This document shows, piece by piece, positions 50,650 through 63,430 of a stretch of 64,000 nt of DNA (its first letter is position 1; each line of letters starts with the position of its first letter). Below the pieces are notes generated by a model, which was not told the DNA's origin, made no database searches, and saw nothing but the letters and a program-made list of their open reading frames with translations. Source of the DNA: Octopus vulgaris (Eukaryota); assembly GCA_951406725.2 (NCBI GenBank), contig OX597815.1, positions 32,116,001 through 32,180,000 on the forward strand, given 5' to 3'. A program made the translations under genes and the position numbers.

Positions 50650-51066
50650 TTTTATTCTTTCTTTTTATTCTTTTACTTGTTTCAGTCATTTGACTGCGGC
50701 CATGCTGGATCACCGCCTTTAGTCGAGCCCGGGACTTATTTTTTGTAAGCCCAGTACTTATTCTATCGGTCTCTTTTGCCGAACCGCTAAGTTACGAGGA
50801 CGTAAACACACCAGCATCGGTTGTCAAGCAATGCTAGGGGGACAAACACAGACACATAAACACACACACACATACATACATATAGATATATATACATATA
50901 TACGACGGGCTTCTTTCAGTTTCCGTCTACCAAATCCACTCACAAGGCTTTGGTCAGCCCGAGGGTATAGCAGAAGACACTTGCCCAAGATGCCACACAA
51001 TGGGACTGAACCCGGAACCATGTGGTTGGTTAGCAAGCTACTTACCACACAGCCACTCCTGCGCCT
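50650..51066 (-). mobile_element. SINE family A, full length
   Basis: Tail, microsatellite and head present. Confidence 0.9.
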
Positions 51067-51096
51067 ATGTATGTATGTATGTATGTATATATGTAT

Positions 51097-51485
51097 GTGG
51101 AGGCGCAATGGCCCAGTGGTTAGGGCAGCGGACTCGCGGTCATAGGATCGCGGTTTCGATTCCCAGACCGGGCGTTGTGAGTGTTTATTGAGCGAAAACA
51201 CCTAAAGCTCAACGAAGCTCCGGCAGGGGATGGTGGTGATCCCTACTGTACACTTTCACCACAACTTTCTCTCACTCTTACTTCCTGTTTCTGTTGTACC
51301 TGTATTTCAAGGGGCCGGCCTTATCACACTCCGTGTCACGCTGAATATCCCCGAGAACTACGTTAAGGGTACACGTGTCCGTGGAGTGCTCAGCCACTTA
51401 CACGTTAATTTCACGAGCAGGCTGTTCCGTTGGTTCGGATCAACCGGAACCCTCGTCGTCGTAACCGACGGAGTGCTTCCATCCC
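51097..51485 (+). mobile_element. SINE family C, full length
   Basis: Highly similar to 30577-30966; inserted in a (TATG)n tract. Confidence 0.92.
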
Positions 51486-51829
51486 ATATATGTATGTATG
51501 TATGTATGTATGTATATGACTGTAGCCATTGTTCGCAAGCGAATGTGACTAGCTAACAAGCATAATACGCTTTCTCTAATGTAGTCGCATGCGGGAATAC
51601 ATACCCTTTTGGCCCTCCCACTCATCGACCCATCAGAACATCGAGAATGTGACAGCTGCAGAGGAGGGTGACTGCACCAACACCTGGCTGATATCCATTT
51701 TCAGCTGGATAGTTAGGAGCATTCGTAAATAAAACGCTTTTCTAAATTACACAATACATCATTCGGTGCAAGAATCGAACCCCGAATTTATGATCATGAA
51801 TTTACCACCCTAACTAGGTCACACGTCTT

Positions 51830-53122
51830 CACATACATACATACATACATACATACATACATACATACATACATACATACATACATACATACATACATAC
51901 ATGCATACATACATACATATATACATACATGCATACATGCATACATACATACATACATACATACACACATACACATATACATATATACATACACACATAC
52001 ATGCAAACATACATACGTACATACATACATAATACATACATACCTACATAAATATATACATACATACATACGTACATAAACACATACATACAAACATACA
52101 CACATACATATATACATACATACACACATACATGCAAACATACATACATACATACATAATACATACATACCTACATAAATACATACATACATACATACAT
52201 ACATAAACACATACATACAAACATACACACATACACACATACATATATACATACATACACACATACATGCAAACATACATACATACGTACATACATACAT
52301 AATACATACATACCTACATAAATACATACATACATACGTACGTACATAAACACATACATACATAAACACATACACACATACATATATACATACATACACA
52401 CATACATACGTACAAACATACATACATACATACATACGTACATACATACATACATACATACATACATGCATACATACATACATATATACATACACACATA
52501 CATGCAAACATACATACATACGTACATACATACATAATACATACATACCTACATAAATTCATACATACATACATACGTACATAAACACATACATACAAAC
52601 ATACACACATACACACATACATATATACATACATACATACACACATACATGCAAACATACATACACACATACATGCAAACATACATACATACATAATACA
52701 TACATACCTACATAAATACATACATACATACGTACGTGCATAAACACATACATACATACACACATACACACATACATATATACATACATACACACATACA
52801 TGCAAACATACATACATAATACATACATACATACATACATAAATACATACATACATACATACATACATACATACTTACATACATACATACATATATACAT
52901 ACATACGTACGTACTTACATACATACATACATACGTACGTACATAAACACATACATACATACATAAACACATACACACATACATATATACATACATACAA
53001 ACATACATACGTACAAACATAAATACATACATACATACATACATACATACATACATACATACATACATACATACATACATACATACATACATACATACAT
53101 ACATACATACATACATACATAC
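51830..53122. repeat. Complex (TACA)n-derived satellite with higher-order repeats
   Basis: Variant words CATACCTACATAAAT, CATGCAAACA and ATAAACACATAC recur in order. Confidence 0.9.
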
Positions 53123-53127
53123 AAGTA

Positions 53128-53430
53128 TAAATTTCATTTAATGTACACTGCACAAAGATAAGAGCTGCTAATAGTTTCTTGCTATGAATACACGTGCCCA
53201 AACAGATTCTGATATTGTGCCTTGCGTCTCCAAGCAATTCTGAGGCTCTGAGCACATGGTCCGTTCTCGGTGCTCTGATCTTCAAATAGACCAAACAGAA
53301 CATGTGCTCAAAGCCCGTGGATTGCTTGGAGACATAAGTAGCGTTATATAAACCTGTCTAGCCACGTGTTTTCCATGCAAGAAACTGTCTGTAGCTCTTA
53401 TCTTTATGCAATGAACATTAAATGATATTT
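53128..53430. repeat. Old foldback element / long-TIR MITE
   Basis: Imperfect ~135-bp arms, e.g. AAAGATAAGAGC/GCTCTTATCTTT, GTCTCCAAGCAAT/ATTGCTTGGAGAC, TGAGCACATG/CATGTGCTCA. Confidence 0.8.
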
Positions 53431-53489
53431 GGATCTCTCATTGGATGGAGTACATTTTTTTATTAATCTTACCTTAACGGAACAGTAAA

Positions 53490-53920
53490 CTACATGCATA
53501 GATACATACATACGTAATACATACATAATACATTCATACATGCATACATACATGCATACATACATACATACATACATACATAATATATATACATACATGC
53601 ATACATACATAATACATACATACATAATACATACATAATACATACATACATACATGTATACATACATACACACATAATACATACATACATACATGCATAC
53701 ATACATATACACATAATACATATATACATACATACATGCACATATAATACGTACATACATGCACACATAATACATGCATGCATTCATACATGCATACATG
53801 CATACATACATACATGCATACATAATACATACATACATGCACACATAATACAAACATACATGCACACATAATACATGCATACATACATGTATACATGCAT
53901 ACATACATGCATACACACAT
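53490..53920. repeat. Complex TACA/TGCA microsatellite
   Basis: Visible directly. Confidence 0.9.
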
Positions 53921-54059
53921 GCTTGTAGTTAAGAAGCTTGCCTTGTAACTACGTGGTTTCGAGTTCAGTACAACAGCGCAGCAATTCGGGAAAGCGTCTT
54001 CTAGTACATCACCAGGTCGATCAATGCCTGAGGGAACGTGGTAGACAGAAACTGTGTGG

Positions 54060-54435
54060 ACTAAGGAGTCGCGGTCCACCATTGGGCGAGTCTATCACAG
54101 AGGAAGTCTCCATGGACATAGGCCTCGGAAGATGTCGCTGCTCAGGAAGAAACATCTGGAGGCTCACCTGGCCCTTGCTGGAGGTCATCTGAAGCAGGAT
54201 CCCAGCTTTTAATCAACCATCCTGTGATCTGATCAGACAAAGCTGGAGTTATTTAGCCATATGGATGTTGAATACGTCTGGAGGAAGAAAGAAGCATACA
54301 AACCGAAGAACACTGTGCCCTCCGTCAAGCATGGTGGTGGAAACATAATGCTATGGAGAAGCTTCTCTTCCAGTGGCGCAGGGAACCTTGTCAAGGTCCG
54401 AGAAATCGTGAGAAAGGAGAATTACATCAAGATCA
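54060..54435 (+). mobile_element. Tc1-like transposase fragment
   Basis: SDQTKLELF, YVWRKK.AYKPKNTVPSVKHGGGNIMLW. Confidence 0.88.
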
Positions 54436-54439
54436 GTCA

Positions 54440-55237
54440 TCTACAACTTCCAAATCCCACTATCTAGCCCCACTACCGCTCCGATCTTTCCCGCAGCAAC
54501 TCTCTTCGCCGTAAGAAAATTAGAACCCTCGATAGACCCTTAGTTAAAAACTCCGTAGTTCCCAGCCATGCACAATGAGATAGTTTTAAACGCGCTCTCA
54601 GTCAATGCAACACTTGTTCCTATATCAACAAAATTACAACCATCAGTGCACCTAGGTCATAGTACCGCATTACACAAAACTTCTGCTGTAATCTCCCAGC
54701 TTCATATATTGCATTGCCAGCAAACTTTGGAAGTGCATTTTACATTGGGAAAACAGGCCGTTGCCTTCCTTATAGCTTTCGTGACTACATTCCAACCACA
54801 CTACTATGTATGCCAGATCAACCTGTCGCCACATCATGAATCTTCATACCCAAAGAAACGGAAGTAACAACGCTTCGGTTTCAAACTCAAAACCAACAAG
54901 TCCAAATAAACGATTTTCCCCTCCAGCATCTCCCCCTTTTAGTTCAGTAATCCCAATCTTATCCTACAGCTCCTTTCTCATCTCAGTTTTTCTTTCACTT
55001 CACCTTAGACCGCTTCTCTTCTTTTCACTTCTCTTTCCTTCTGCCTCTCACCTTATTTTTCTCTCCGACTACTTCCTGCCTACATACGTAAACGTTTTCC
55101 TATCAGTTTCATCCAACTGCACAAATATAGAAGGTGCAAAATTCTGCTGTCTTTCCCCACCTTTTTTTTCCATCTCCTATCATCTCAATCCTGAAGAAGA
55201 ACTCCCTACGGCAGTTTCGCTGTACTCTTTCTGAAAC
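54440..55237 (+). mobile_element. Penelope-like element 3' remnant (GIY-YIG endonuclease plus pLTR)
   Basis: CNTCSYI (54606-54626), IYCI (54704-54715), FYIGKTGRCL (54738-54767), frameshifted; truncated hammerhead CTGAAGA-AGAA...TTCT-GAAAC at 55191-55237. Confidence 0.72.
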
Positions 55238-55959
55238 TTTTTTTTCCAAATAGTATAGTCTTTCCGACGCAGATCGCTACCCGCCTCCTCGAATATGTAT
55301 TCACTTACAATCACAAACAAATAACAAATAAAGTTACATAATGACAAAAGTCAACACTGAGATACCCAGATAGTAGTACAGATCAGCTTTGCAAGGAGGA
55401 GAGTAGGTCGTGATTTCAATTCAACACTTTAACATTCGTCGTAAATTTATATTTTAGCATCCTTTTAGGAATATGTCAAGTTATAAAATTTAATATGGTG
55501 CTATAATCAAGTCGCTTCAGGATGATACAAAAGTCGTTACGGAGGAACATCTGCCGAGAACAACTCAGATGTTGACTTTACCATTATGAATTATAGAGCA
55601 ATAATTTTACGCACCAATAAATAATATTTCTATCCTTTACATTTTTGTTAATTTTGTAATTAAATATAAATGAGATCGTTTGTTAAGCAGTGATTAATGT
55701 AAAATAGTCTCGAAGTAAAAATAAAGTTTACATTTTCAGATACTTTCTATGATAGCCATAGACTACTTCTTAACGACTGGGGATATTTATTCAAAGCAAG
55801 AAAGACTTCTAGATAAAGAAACGACACATTTATAATATAGGAGAACACCAGAAAATATATTCCAAGAAGCAACAGTCGGAATATGTAGTAGAATTTTAGA
55901 TAATATATATGAGAGAAAGAGCTGGAGAGAGACTATTGAAGTTTTATTAAGATAAATAG

Positions 55960-56400
55960 CATTTAAGTGTCCATTTTTGCAATGAAAAGTGGTTTTGTAG
56001 TATCTGTGTTACTGCCAACAAATGAGACACCCATCAAGAGTGATAACTTAACAAGCCTATTAGTGTCTGTGGTTGTTTAGCAAAGCTCGGCGTTGGGTTA
56101 TCAATAAGCGCTTTCAAACTTTCCAGATCAGATTGCAAGGAATAATTTTCTACTTTGTAACAAATAACAGGCGTGTTTGGCAAAATAACTTTTGTAAATG
56201 TTCAATGTAATGTTAAGTTTCTTAGTGGCTGAAATAAATCGCGCCAAGTTGCAATCGTTTTGCCAGTGATAATAACATCGTCAAGATAGGTGTGAATTGC
56301 TTTGATATCAGTGTCAGCGTTCTCAGTAATTATACCATCCATCACTCTTTGAAAAGTACTTGCAATATCAATCACGCTATTGTGTGGAATCTTGTGGTAT
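55960..56400 (-). mobile_element. Gypsy LTR-retrotransposon RT remnant
   Basis: ASTFQRVMD...TYLDDVIITGKT. Confidence 0.75.
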
Positions 56401-56466
56401 GTTTCTTTCAAATCTAGTCTGCTACAGAATTTAGTAAACAGAACGCACGAGATAATCAATATCTAA

Positions 56467-57002
56467 CCCTTTGCCTGTCCTACGTATCACATGTGAGACG
56501 CAGCACATGTTTCCCTGGCGTTCATACATCATATACGATACACATTTCCAATTTGTTTCAACCACCAGAGTAACTGGTGATAAACGTTTTTACAACACTA
56601 GTAACACTCTGAATCTCTGTGATTAGTACCTAGTGACAAGCTGAATTGAGATGACCAGTAATCATGTGAAACTGCAGGTTTTACATCAGAGTGTTCTTCT
56701 CCTTGAAAGATGTTGTGACAGCAGCGAGGGGTCCCTCACTCCTAGTGGTTTTACTGCGTGCTCTAACATCAAGTCGGGATATTTCCGCGTTTCCGCGCTC
56801 AAGTGGATTGTCATCAAATATTCGAGTTAACCCTTAGCTGAGAATCTGACAGATACTGTTAGAGTAGCTTAAGATTTACGAAAAGAAAAATCTATATTCA
56901 TCACAACCTATGAAACAAAGACTAACTAAAAGTTATAAAAGTTTGAAAACAAGCATGGGCGTTTAGGACAAACTTACGAAAAGTATTTGGACATACAAAG
57001 GG
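56467..57002. mobile_element. piggyBac-type MITE
   Basis: TIRs CCCTTTGCCTGTCC / GGACATACAAAGGG (12 of 14); flanks CTAA and TTAA. Confidence 0.65.
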
Positions 57003-57118
57003 TTAAGAGGCGGACAGAGTGTAACGATTTGTCGTTTATAAACAAGGCGTTGTTAGTCACTGTTTCTTGCTACTACTTCTTGTGTTCTTCATGGAGAGTC
57101 AGCGAAGGCTCAATAATA

Positions 57119-57470
57119 CCTATTTCTTTACTACCCACAAGGGGCTAAACACAGAAGGGACAAACAAGGACAGACAAACGGATTAAGTCGATTATATCGA
57201 CCTCAGTGCGTAACTGATACTTATTTAATCGACTCCGAAAGGATGAACGGCAAAGTCGACCTCGATGGAATTTGAACTCAGAGCGTAACGGAAGACGAAA
57301 TGTTTAGCGGTATTTCGCCCGTCTTTACGTTCTGAGTTCAGGTTTCACCGAGGTCGACTTTGCATTTCATCCTTTCGGGGTCGATAAATTAAGTACCAGT
57401 TGCGTACTGGGGTCGATCTAATCGACTGGCTGCTTTCCCAAAAATTTTGTGCCGTGTACCTAGAGTAAAA
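57119..57470. mobile_element. Two SINE family B copies fused head-to-head
   Basis: Minus copy 57119-~57300, plus copy ~57296-57470. Confidence 0.85.
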
Positions 57471-58091
57471 AAGTATATTCTTATTTAATTGAACGCCACG
57501 CATCCATTTCCAAGTAAGTTTATCTTAAGCTTTTTGATGCGACTCTACTCTATATCGTTTCCTCCCCCATCCTTCTCTAATTCCCTTTTCTCCACTTCAT
57601 CGTCTTATACTTGTCTCTCTGTCCTTCTTTCTCTTTTTCACTCTCTCGTTGCTCACACGTGACCATCGTCCCTCTTTCTGTTCCTCATATGACCATCTTT
57701 ATTTTCCTGTACGACGTTCTAAGGACTGAACGTCTTCTTTTTTCAACGAAAATATTATTCCCAGCTTTCACTATTTTCCTCTCGTTCTGGTCTAACGAGC
57801 CCCTATTTTTTCGTTCGGTTTCCTTGTATCTCTCCGGTTTTGTTCCCAACTTTGACCCTTCATAAATTCAAAATTTTATTTTGGAATTTATGGGAGCAAC
57901 TGTCTTCGAAGACTCATATTGTCGTTGAATGTTCGAAATGAGGAGTAGATAGACAGCCGACAACTGAGAAAGGTCGTTCTTTGTGTTACTTGTCCTGTTT
58001 TCCATTTTTTTCACTCGTTGTCTGCGTATTTAACTCGTTGTTTTCGCACTTCATGTTGCTTACATAGTTGGTGATGTCCTGTACCCATATA

Positions 58092-58180
<89 letters not shown>

Positions 58181-58496
58181 GTATGTATGTATATATGTGT
58201 GGGGGTATAAAGGAAGCAAACATTAAGGCAAGGCAAACATCTCAAGTCATATACAATATTATTAAGAAATTCAAGAATCTTAGAGCTGTTTCTGGGATAT
58301 CCTCGAGTGTGGGATATTCCGTCATCATTACTGAAAACCGTACTATTATTAACACTTCTACCACAAACGCAACTATTAATAGCTGCAATAATAACATCAC
58401 TAATACAACCTCCTCTACCACCGCCAATTCTAACACTACTACTAACATACCCAATGTGAGAAATGTGCTGTTACTTTTGAATTACAGGTATAACTC

Positions 58497-58723
58497 GGCG
58501 AGCTGGCAGAAACGTTAGCATGCCGGGCGAAATGTTTAGCGGTATTTTGTCTGCCGCTACGTTCTGAGTTCAAATTCCGCCGAGGTCGACTTTGCCTTTC
58601 ATCCTTTCGGGGTCGATTAAATAAGTACCAGTTACGCATTGGGGTTGATAAAATTAACTTAATCCGTTTGTCTGTCCTTGTTTCTCCTCTCTGTGTTTAG
58701 CCCCTAGTGGGTAGTAAATAAAT
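58497..58723 (+). mobile_element. SINE family B, full length, 11-bp TSD
   Basis: AGGTATAACTC at 58486-58496 and 58724-58734. Confidence 0.9.
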
Positions 58724-58734
58724 AGGTATAACTC

Positions 58735-58868
58735 ATTTTTGTCAACTGAGTGGAGTGGAGCAACGTGAAATAGTGTCTTGCCCCAAGGACACAACGTGCC
58801 GCCGGGAATCGAACTCACGACCTTACAATCGTAAGCTAATCACTCTAACCACTAAGCCAAGCGCCTTC
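58735..58868 (-). mobile_element. SINE family D-like 5' part
   Basis: Minus strand TGGCTTAGTGG, GAGTTCGATTCCC, TGTGTCCTTGGGGCAAGACAC. Confidence 0.75.
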
Positions 58869-58966
58869 ACACACAAATACATACACAAATACACACACAC
58901 AAACGCATATTGATGCGTATATTTATTTGAGTTTGCGCATGTGTGTGTGTGTGCCCGCGTGTGTGT

Positions 58967-59010
<44 letters not shown>

Positions 59011-60014
59011 CATACAGGTGCGAAATACGAGCGATTATATTGTGAAGAGTCATTTAAGCTAACGGTCTGTCTTTTCTGCGTATTCGTCACATTAACGTAG
59101 TGTAACATATTGAACATTTCACAGTCGGCTTTACTGCAAGACTATTTATAGTTTCCATCGCTGATGGAAAGCGGTGATAGTATTTAACCCAAAACCCGAC
59201 AATTTATATATATATACATATATATTAAACGAGACGAACAGGACGGTTTATTGATTTTCTTGTTTGTTGCTAATTTTATACAACGACTTAGGTTTCACTA
59301 AGTTGAAAACGTACATTAGAATTGCTATGGAAGAATAGACTGACAATTAGCTACAGGACAATCCAGGTCCCTTTTTTGTTGTTATTTTTCATATGCTGCG
59401 ACATCGCGATGGAAACCATCAACCTCCAGTGATTCAGTTAAAATAGTGAAATATATTCATGAGTTCTAACATAAACGCAACACTGCGATTTCATTAATCT
59501 ATTTATTTGTTTATTTATTTACTAAACTATCTACTTGGTATCGCGCTTTTTGTTTGCATCGAGTACACTAGTGTTTGACATTGTATTTAACTATACTGAA
59601 GATGCAAAGATGAGAAGTAAAGCGAACCATGGTGACATTTTAACTTCTGTTTCGTCTGCTTTGCATTCAAATAGTTGTGGTTTCAGTTCCACTGCTCTGC
59701 GCCTTGGGCAAATGTCTCCTTAATAATAGCTTGTTAGGGAATTTGGTCGACCGAAACTGGATATAGACAGACAGATAGATAGATAAATAAATCAAATCGT
59801 GGGTTAAGTATACATATGCTCAGATAGGTTTGTTCAAGTCCACTTACATCTTGATGTACCATTGTTAACTTTCCTTCCTTCCTGCCTAGATGACCTGGGT
59901 ATGACTTTAAACTGCACCCCATAGCAGGGCTCTGATTCCTGGGTTCCAGTGTCCTGAGGAATGTAAAACCATCTCTTAGTCACTATTGTTTCCAGGTCTA
60001 CACTGACCCGGAGT

Positions 60015-60198
60015 AATAGTATCTGTCAGATTCCCCGCTAAGGGTTAACTAGAGTATGTGATGACAATCCATTTGAGCGCAGGGGCACGGAAATACCCTC
60101 ATTTCGTGTCAGAGCACGCGATAAAACCATTGTTATTACAGCATTCTTCCTGGGGAGGGACACTGATGTAAAACCTGCGGCTTCACGTGATTACTGGT
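60015..60198 (-). mobile_element. Partial second copy of the 56467-57002 MITE interior
   Basis: Reverse-complement matches to ~56650-56860 (GTATCTGTCAGATTC, GCTAAGGGTTAACT, TGATGACAATCCA). Confidence 0.65.
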
Positions 60199-60894
60199 CA
60201 GTGGCGGTTAGTGTATAGGCACTACAGAACCGCAGCATCCCCTATTTCCACTCAGTATTATCGATAACATTCAATATAATGAGTCTTTTTTTTCTTTAAT
60301 TCTTTCTTTATACTTCTACATTATTTAATCCTTAAGTTTAATGTCAGTAGCCATCCCCCAGTTAATGAAAATAGTACAAAAATCGTTGAATAGAACCGTG
60401 CGCTTCACAGTTCCAACGACGTGGTGTTTGGCTGTTGTGAGCATGCTCACATGTCCGAGATAGGAAGCTGCACGCTAGGGAGAGAGAGCAATGCCAACCC
60501 TGGTGTGCTGGTGAAAGGTAGTCTTTCTTTTTGATTCCATATGTATTGAGCTTAAAAATGTGTTTATATTCTAGAATGTAATAAAGTGTAGAATTAGATT
60601 TGTATCCTGCTTCCAGCTATAGTGTTGCTGTCAGGACTTGAAAAATAGAGCAGATCCCGCCACTCCCTATTTTGTGATTTAGAGGGAATTTTTGAAAAAC
60701 AAGGGGGAATTCGCGGCGAGTTCAGTGAACAAATTAAACACACTACCTGGCAGTGGCTAAAGTGCGAACCGATCAAGTTTATGTATAAATTTTCTTTCTA
60801 TGTGTTTGTTTTCTTTTACACAAAATTAAAACGACAGCTAAAAAGTTTCTGAAGAAGCACCCCACCCACTAATTTTATCTACGAGCCGCTACTG
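60199..60894. mobile_element. Possible hAT-type non-autonomous element
   Basis: Ends CAGTGGCGG / CCGCTACTG; flanks TTACTGGT and TTACTCTT (6 of 8). Confidence 0.45.
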
Positions 60895-60899
60895 TTACT

Positions 60900-61026
60900 C
60901 TTGAATAGAAATAGTCTTTTACCTTTCGAGCCTACGCTCTTCTACAGAAAGGGGCACGGAAAAAAACAAGGAGAGAAACAAGGAGAGAAAAAATGTGTTT
61001 AGTGGCTAACCATCTTTCATGGCGAC
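60900..61026 (-). mobile_element. Repeat family H partial copy
   Basis: Minus strand CTTT-CTGTAGA-A-GAGC(GTAG)GCTC-GAAAGGTA-AAAG. Confidence 0.7.
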
Positions 61027-61477
61027 ATATATTTATAATTTTTTTAAAAAGGGGGAAAAAGACAAGAAAAATCAACATGGACATTACAATGAATATCCCA
61101 CATTAGAAATGAAACCAGTATGAAATGGTGTATTTTGGAACGTGTAGTAATTTTTGTCGAAATAATTTCATTTTAATACTATACTATGGAATCATTTTGT
61201 TGAATACTATACAGAATTAATTATGCATAGTTCTACACCTTATGAATTTGTGTGCTCTTTCCTTTGTTTCGTTTGTATTTAAATCAGTTGCAGTTTATTG
61301 AGTACCATTTTTCCCCAACGATAAAGGTAAACATCATCTCTAAATTTAAAAAAATCAGTTGTATAACTTAATTATATAATTGTATAAATATTTATTACCA
61401 ATAAAACAGATGCTGAGCAAAATTAAGTTATGTACTATATTTGAAATTTGTGCTTTTCTGCTTTTGACTATATATGT

Positions 61478-61679
61478 ATAGGGAAAATTTACGAAAAAAA
61501 CAAAAGACGAAGACAGGTGGTGTACAAAACAAACAGATGCATTAGTATAACGTTCAGGAATAGAAAAAGTATTTTACGTTTCGAGTCTACGCTCTTCTTC
61601 AGAAAGGGACACAGGAAAAAACAAGGAGAGAAACAAGGAGAGAAAAATGTGTGTAGTGGCTAACGATCTATCAAGACGA

Positions 61680-61682
<3 letters not shown>
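61478..61682 (-). mobile_element. Repeat family H copy with canonical CUGAAGA core
   Basis: Minus strand TTT-CTGAAGA-A-GAG(CGTAGA)CTC-GAAA-CG-TA-AAA at 61571-61606. Confidence 0.75.
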
Positions 61683-61749
<67 letters not shown>

Positions 61750-61821
61750 CGCGCGCGCGTGTTTATGTGTGTATGTATGTATGTATACGTGGATGTTTAT
61801 TTATGTATACGTATATACATA

Positions 61822-61947
<126 letters not shown>

Positions 61948-62149
61948 CGAGAGACAGACAGACAGAGACTAACGTAGATATACGTAATTAAATAAGGTAA
62001 TGTACTTAGTTTGAGTATCAAGCAACTGTGCTCATAAACCGTCCTAGTCAATACAACGCTCTCTGGTTAAATACAATGTAGCAACATCTAATATATATTA
62101 GTGTGACGAATTTTAAGATTATTGAATAGACCATAATATTGATCTTCAG

Positions 62150-63430
62150 GATTTCATTAGTGCTTATTTTATCGTATGATTTGAACTCAGAGAATAAATG
62201 TAACTAAATACCACAAGACTCATCATCCGTTGGCCATCGATTCTGTCACTCCATCACCATTACGTAAAATATAAATCATGAATATTTCGATTCGTATTTT
62301 TTCTCTCTGTTTTTCTGACATCTGTTATTTATTGTAGCTGAGAAAGTTAACCCGACTAAAATACTTTAACACCTTTCTAAAGATAAATTAATAATGACTC
62401 CTCACTTTAGGACACAGCGACGCATTTTATGGAAGATGGTGAGTATTTGGGTGATTCGATCCTCGGTTCATGACCGGGGTTTGTTTATTGATCCCAGCAG
62501 AATCTGAGTCCAAAATATAAAGGAGCAAAAGTAAATACAATCGGTATTTAACTCGGCGTTCAAGCAGCCATGTTAATCACACTCCTTCTAAAGATAATAA
62601 TCCTTTCTACTAAAGACACAAGACCTGAAATTTTGGGAAAGAGGACTAGTTAATTACACCGACTCCAGTGTTTCACTGGTACTTAATTTATCGACCCCGA
62701 AAAGACGAAAGGCAATGTCATCCTCGACGGAATTTGAACTCAGAACGTAAGAACGGACGAAAAGTAGCAAACTACGAAACGCGGTTGGAATTCCTCGGAG
62801 ATTAGTAATAATGATTTCTTAAATGGGCACAAGGCTGGAAATCTTGCAGAGAAAATACTGATCCCAGTACTTGACTTTATTGACCCCAGTTGATCTCTGT
62901 AGGGTTAGAACCCAAAACGTAAAGGGTGGGAAGAAATGTTTTTTTTTAACGATGCTGCCAATTCATCGCCTTGTTGATGGGTAATAATTTTTTCTGATTT
63001 AAGAATAAGGCCAACAATCTTGAGAGGAGGGGCTTTGTCGACTAAATCTGCCTCAACCCCACTCACCCTGTACTTGACTGTTACTTTATTTTATCAACCT
63101 TAGAGGAATGAAAGGCGAAGCTGACCTCGGCAGCATTTGAACTCAGATCGGAAAGAGCAGGAACAAATACCAAAGTTTATTCTGGCGCTTTAACGAATCT
63201 CCTAATCCATCAACTGGCGGATGAGTAATAGTAATTTCAAATTTTGACATAAAGCCAACAGTTTGAGGGAAGGGGCTAAATCAATTACATCGACCCTACC
63301 GTTCATCTGGTACTTATTTTATTGAGTCCGAAAGATGAAAGGCGAAGCGGAAGCCGGTGGAGACGGACGAAATGCTGCTAAGCATTTTGCCCAACGCGGC
63401 AACGTTTCTGCCAGCTCACCGCCTCGCAGA
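62150..63430 (-). mobile_element. Head-to-tail cluster of about 5-6 diverged SINE family B copies
   Basis: TACTTATTTTATCGACCCC-like word at ~62160, 62485, 62680, 62876, 63083 and 63310, all in one orientation. Confidence 0.7.
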
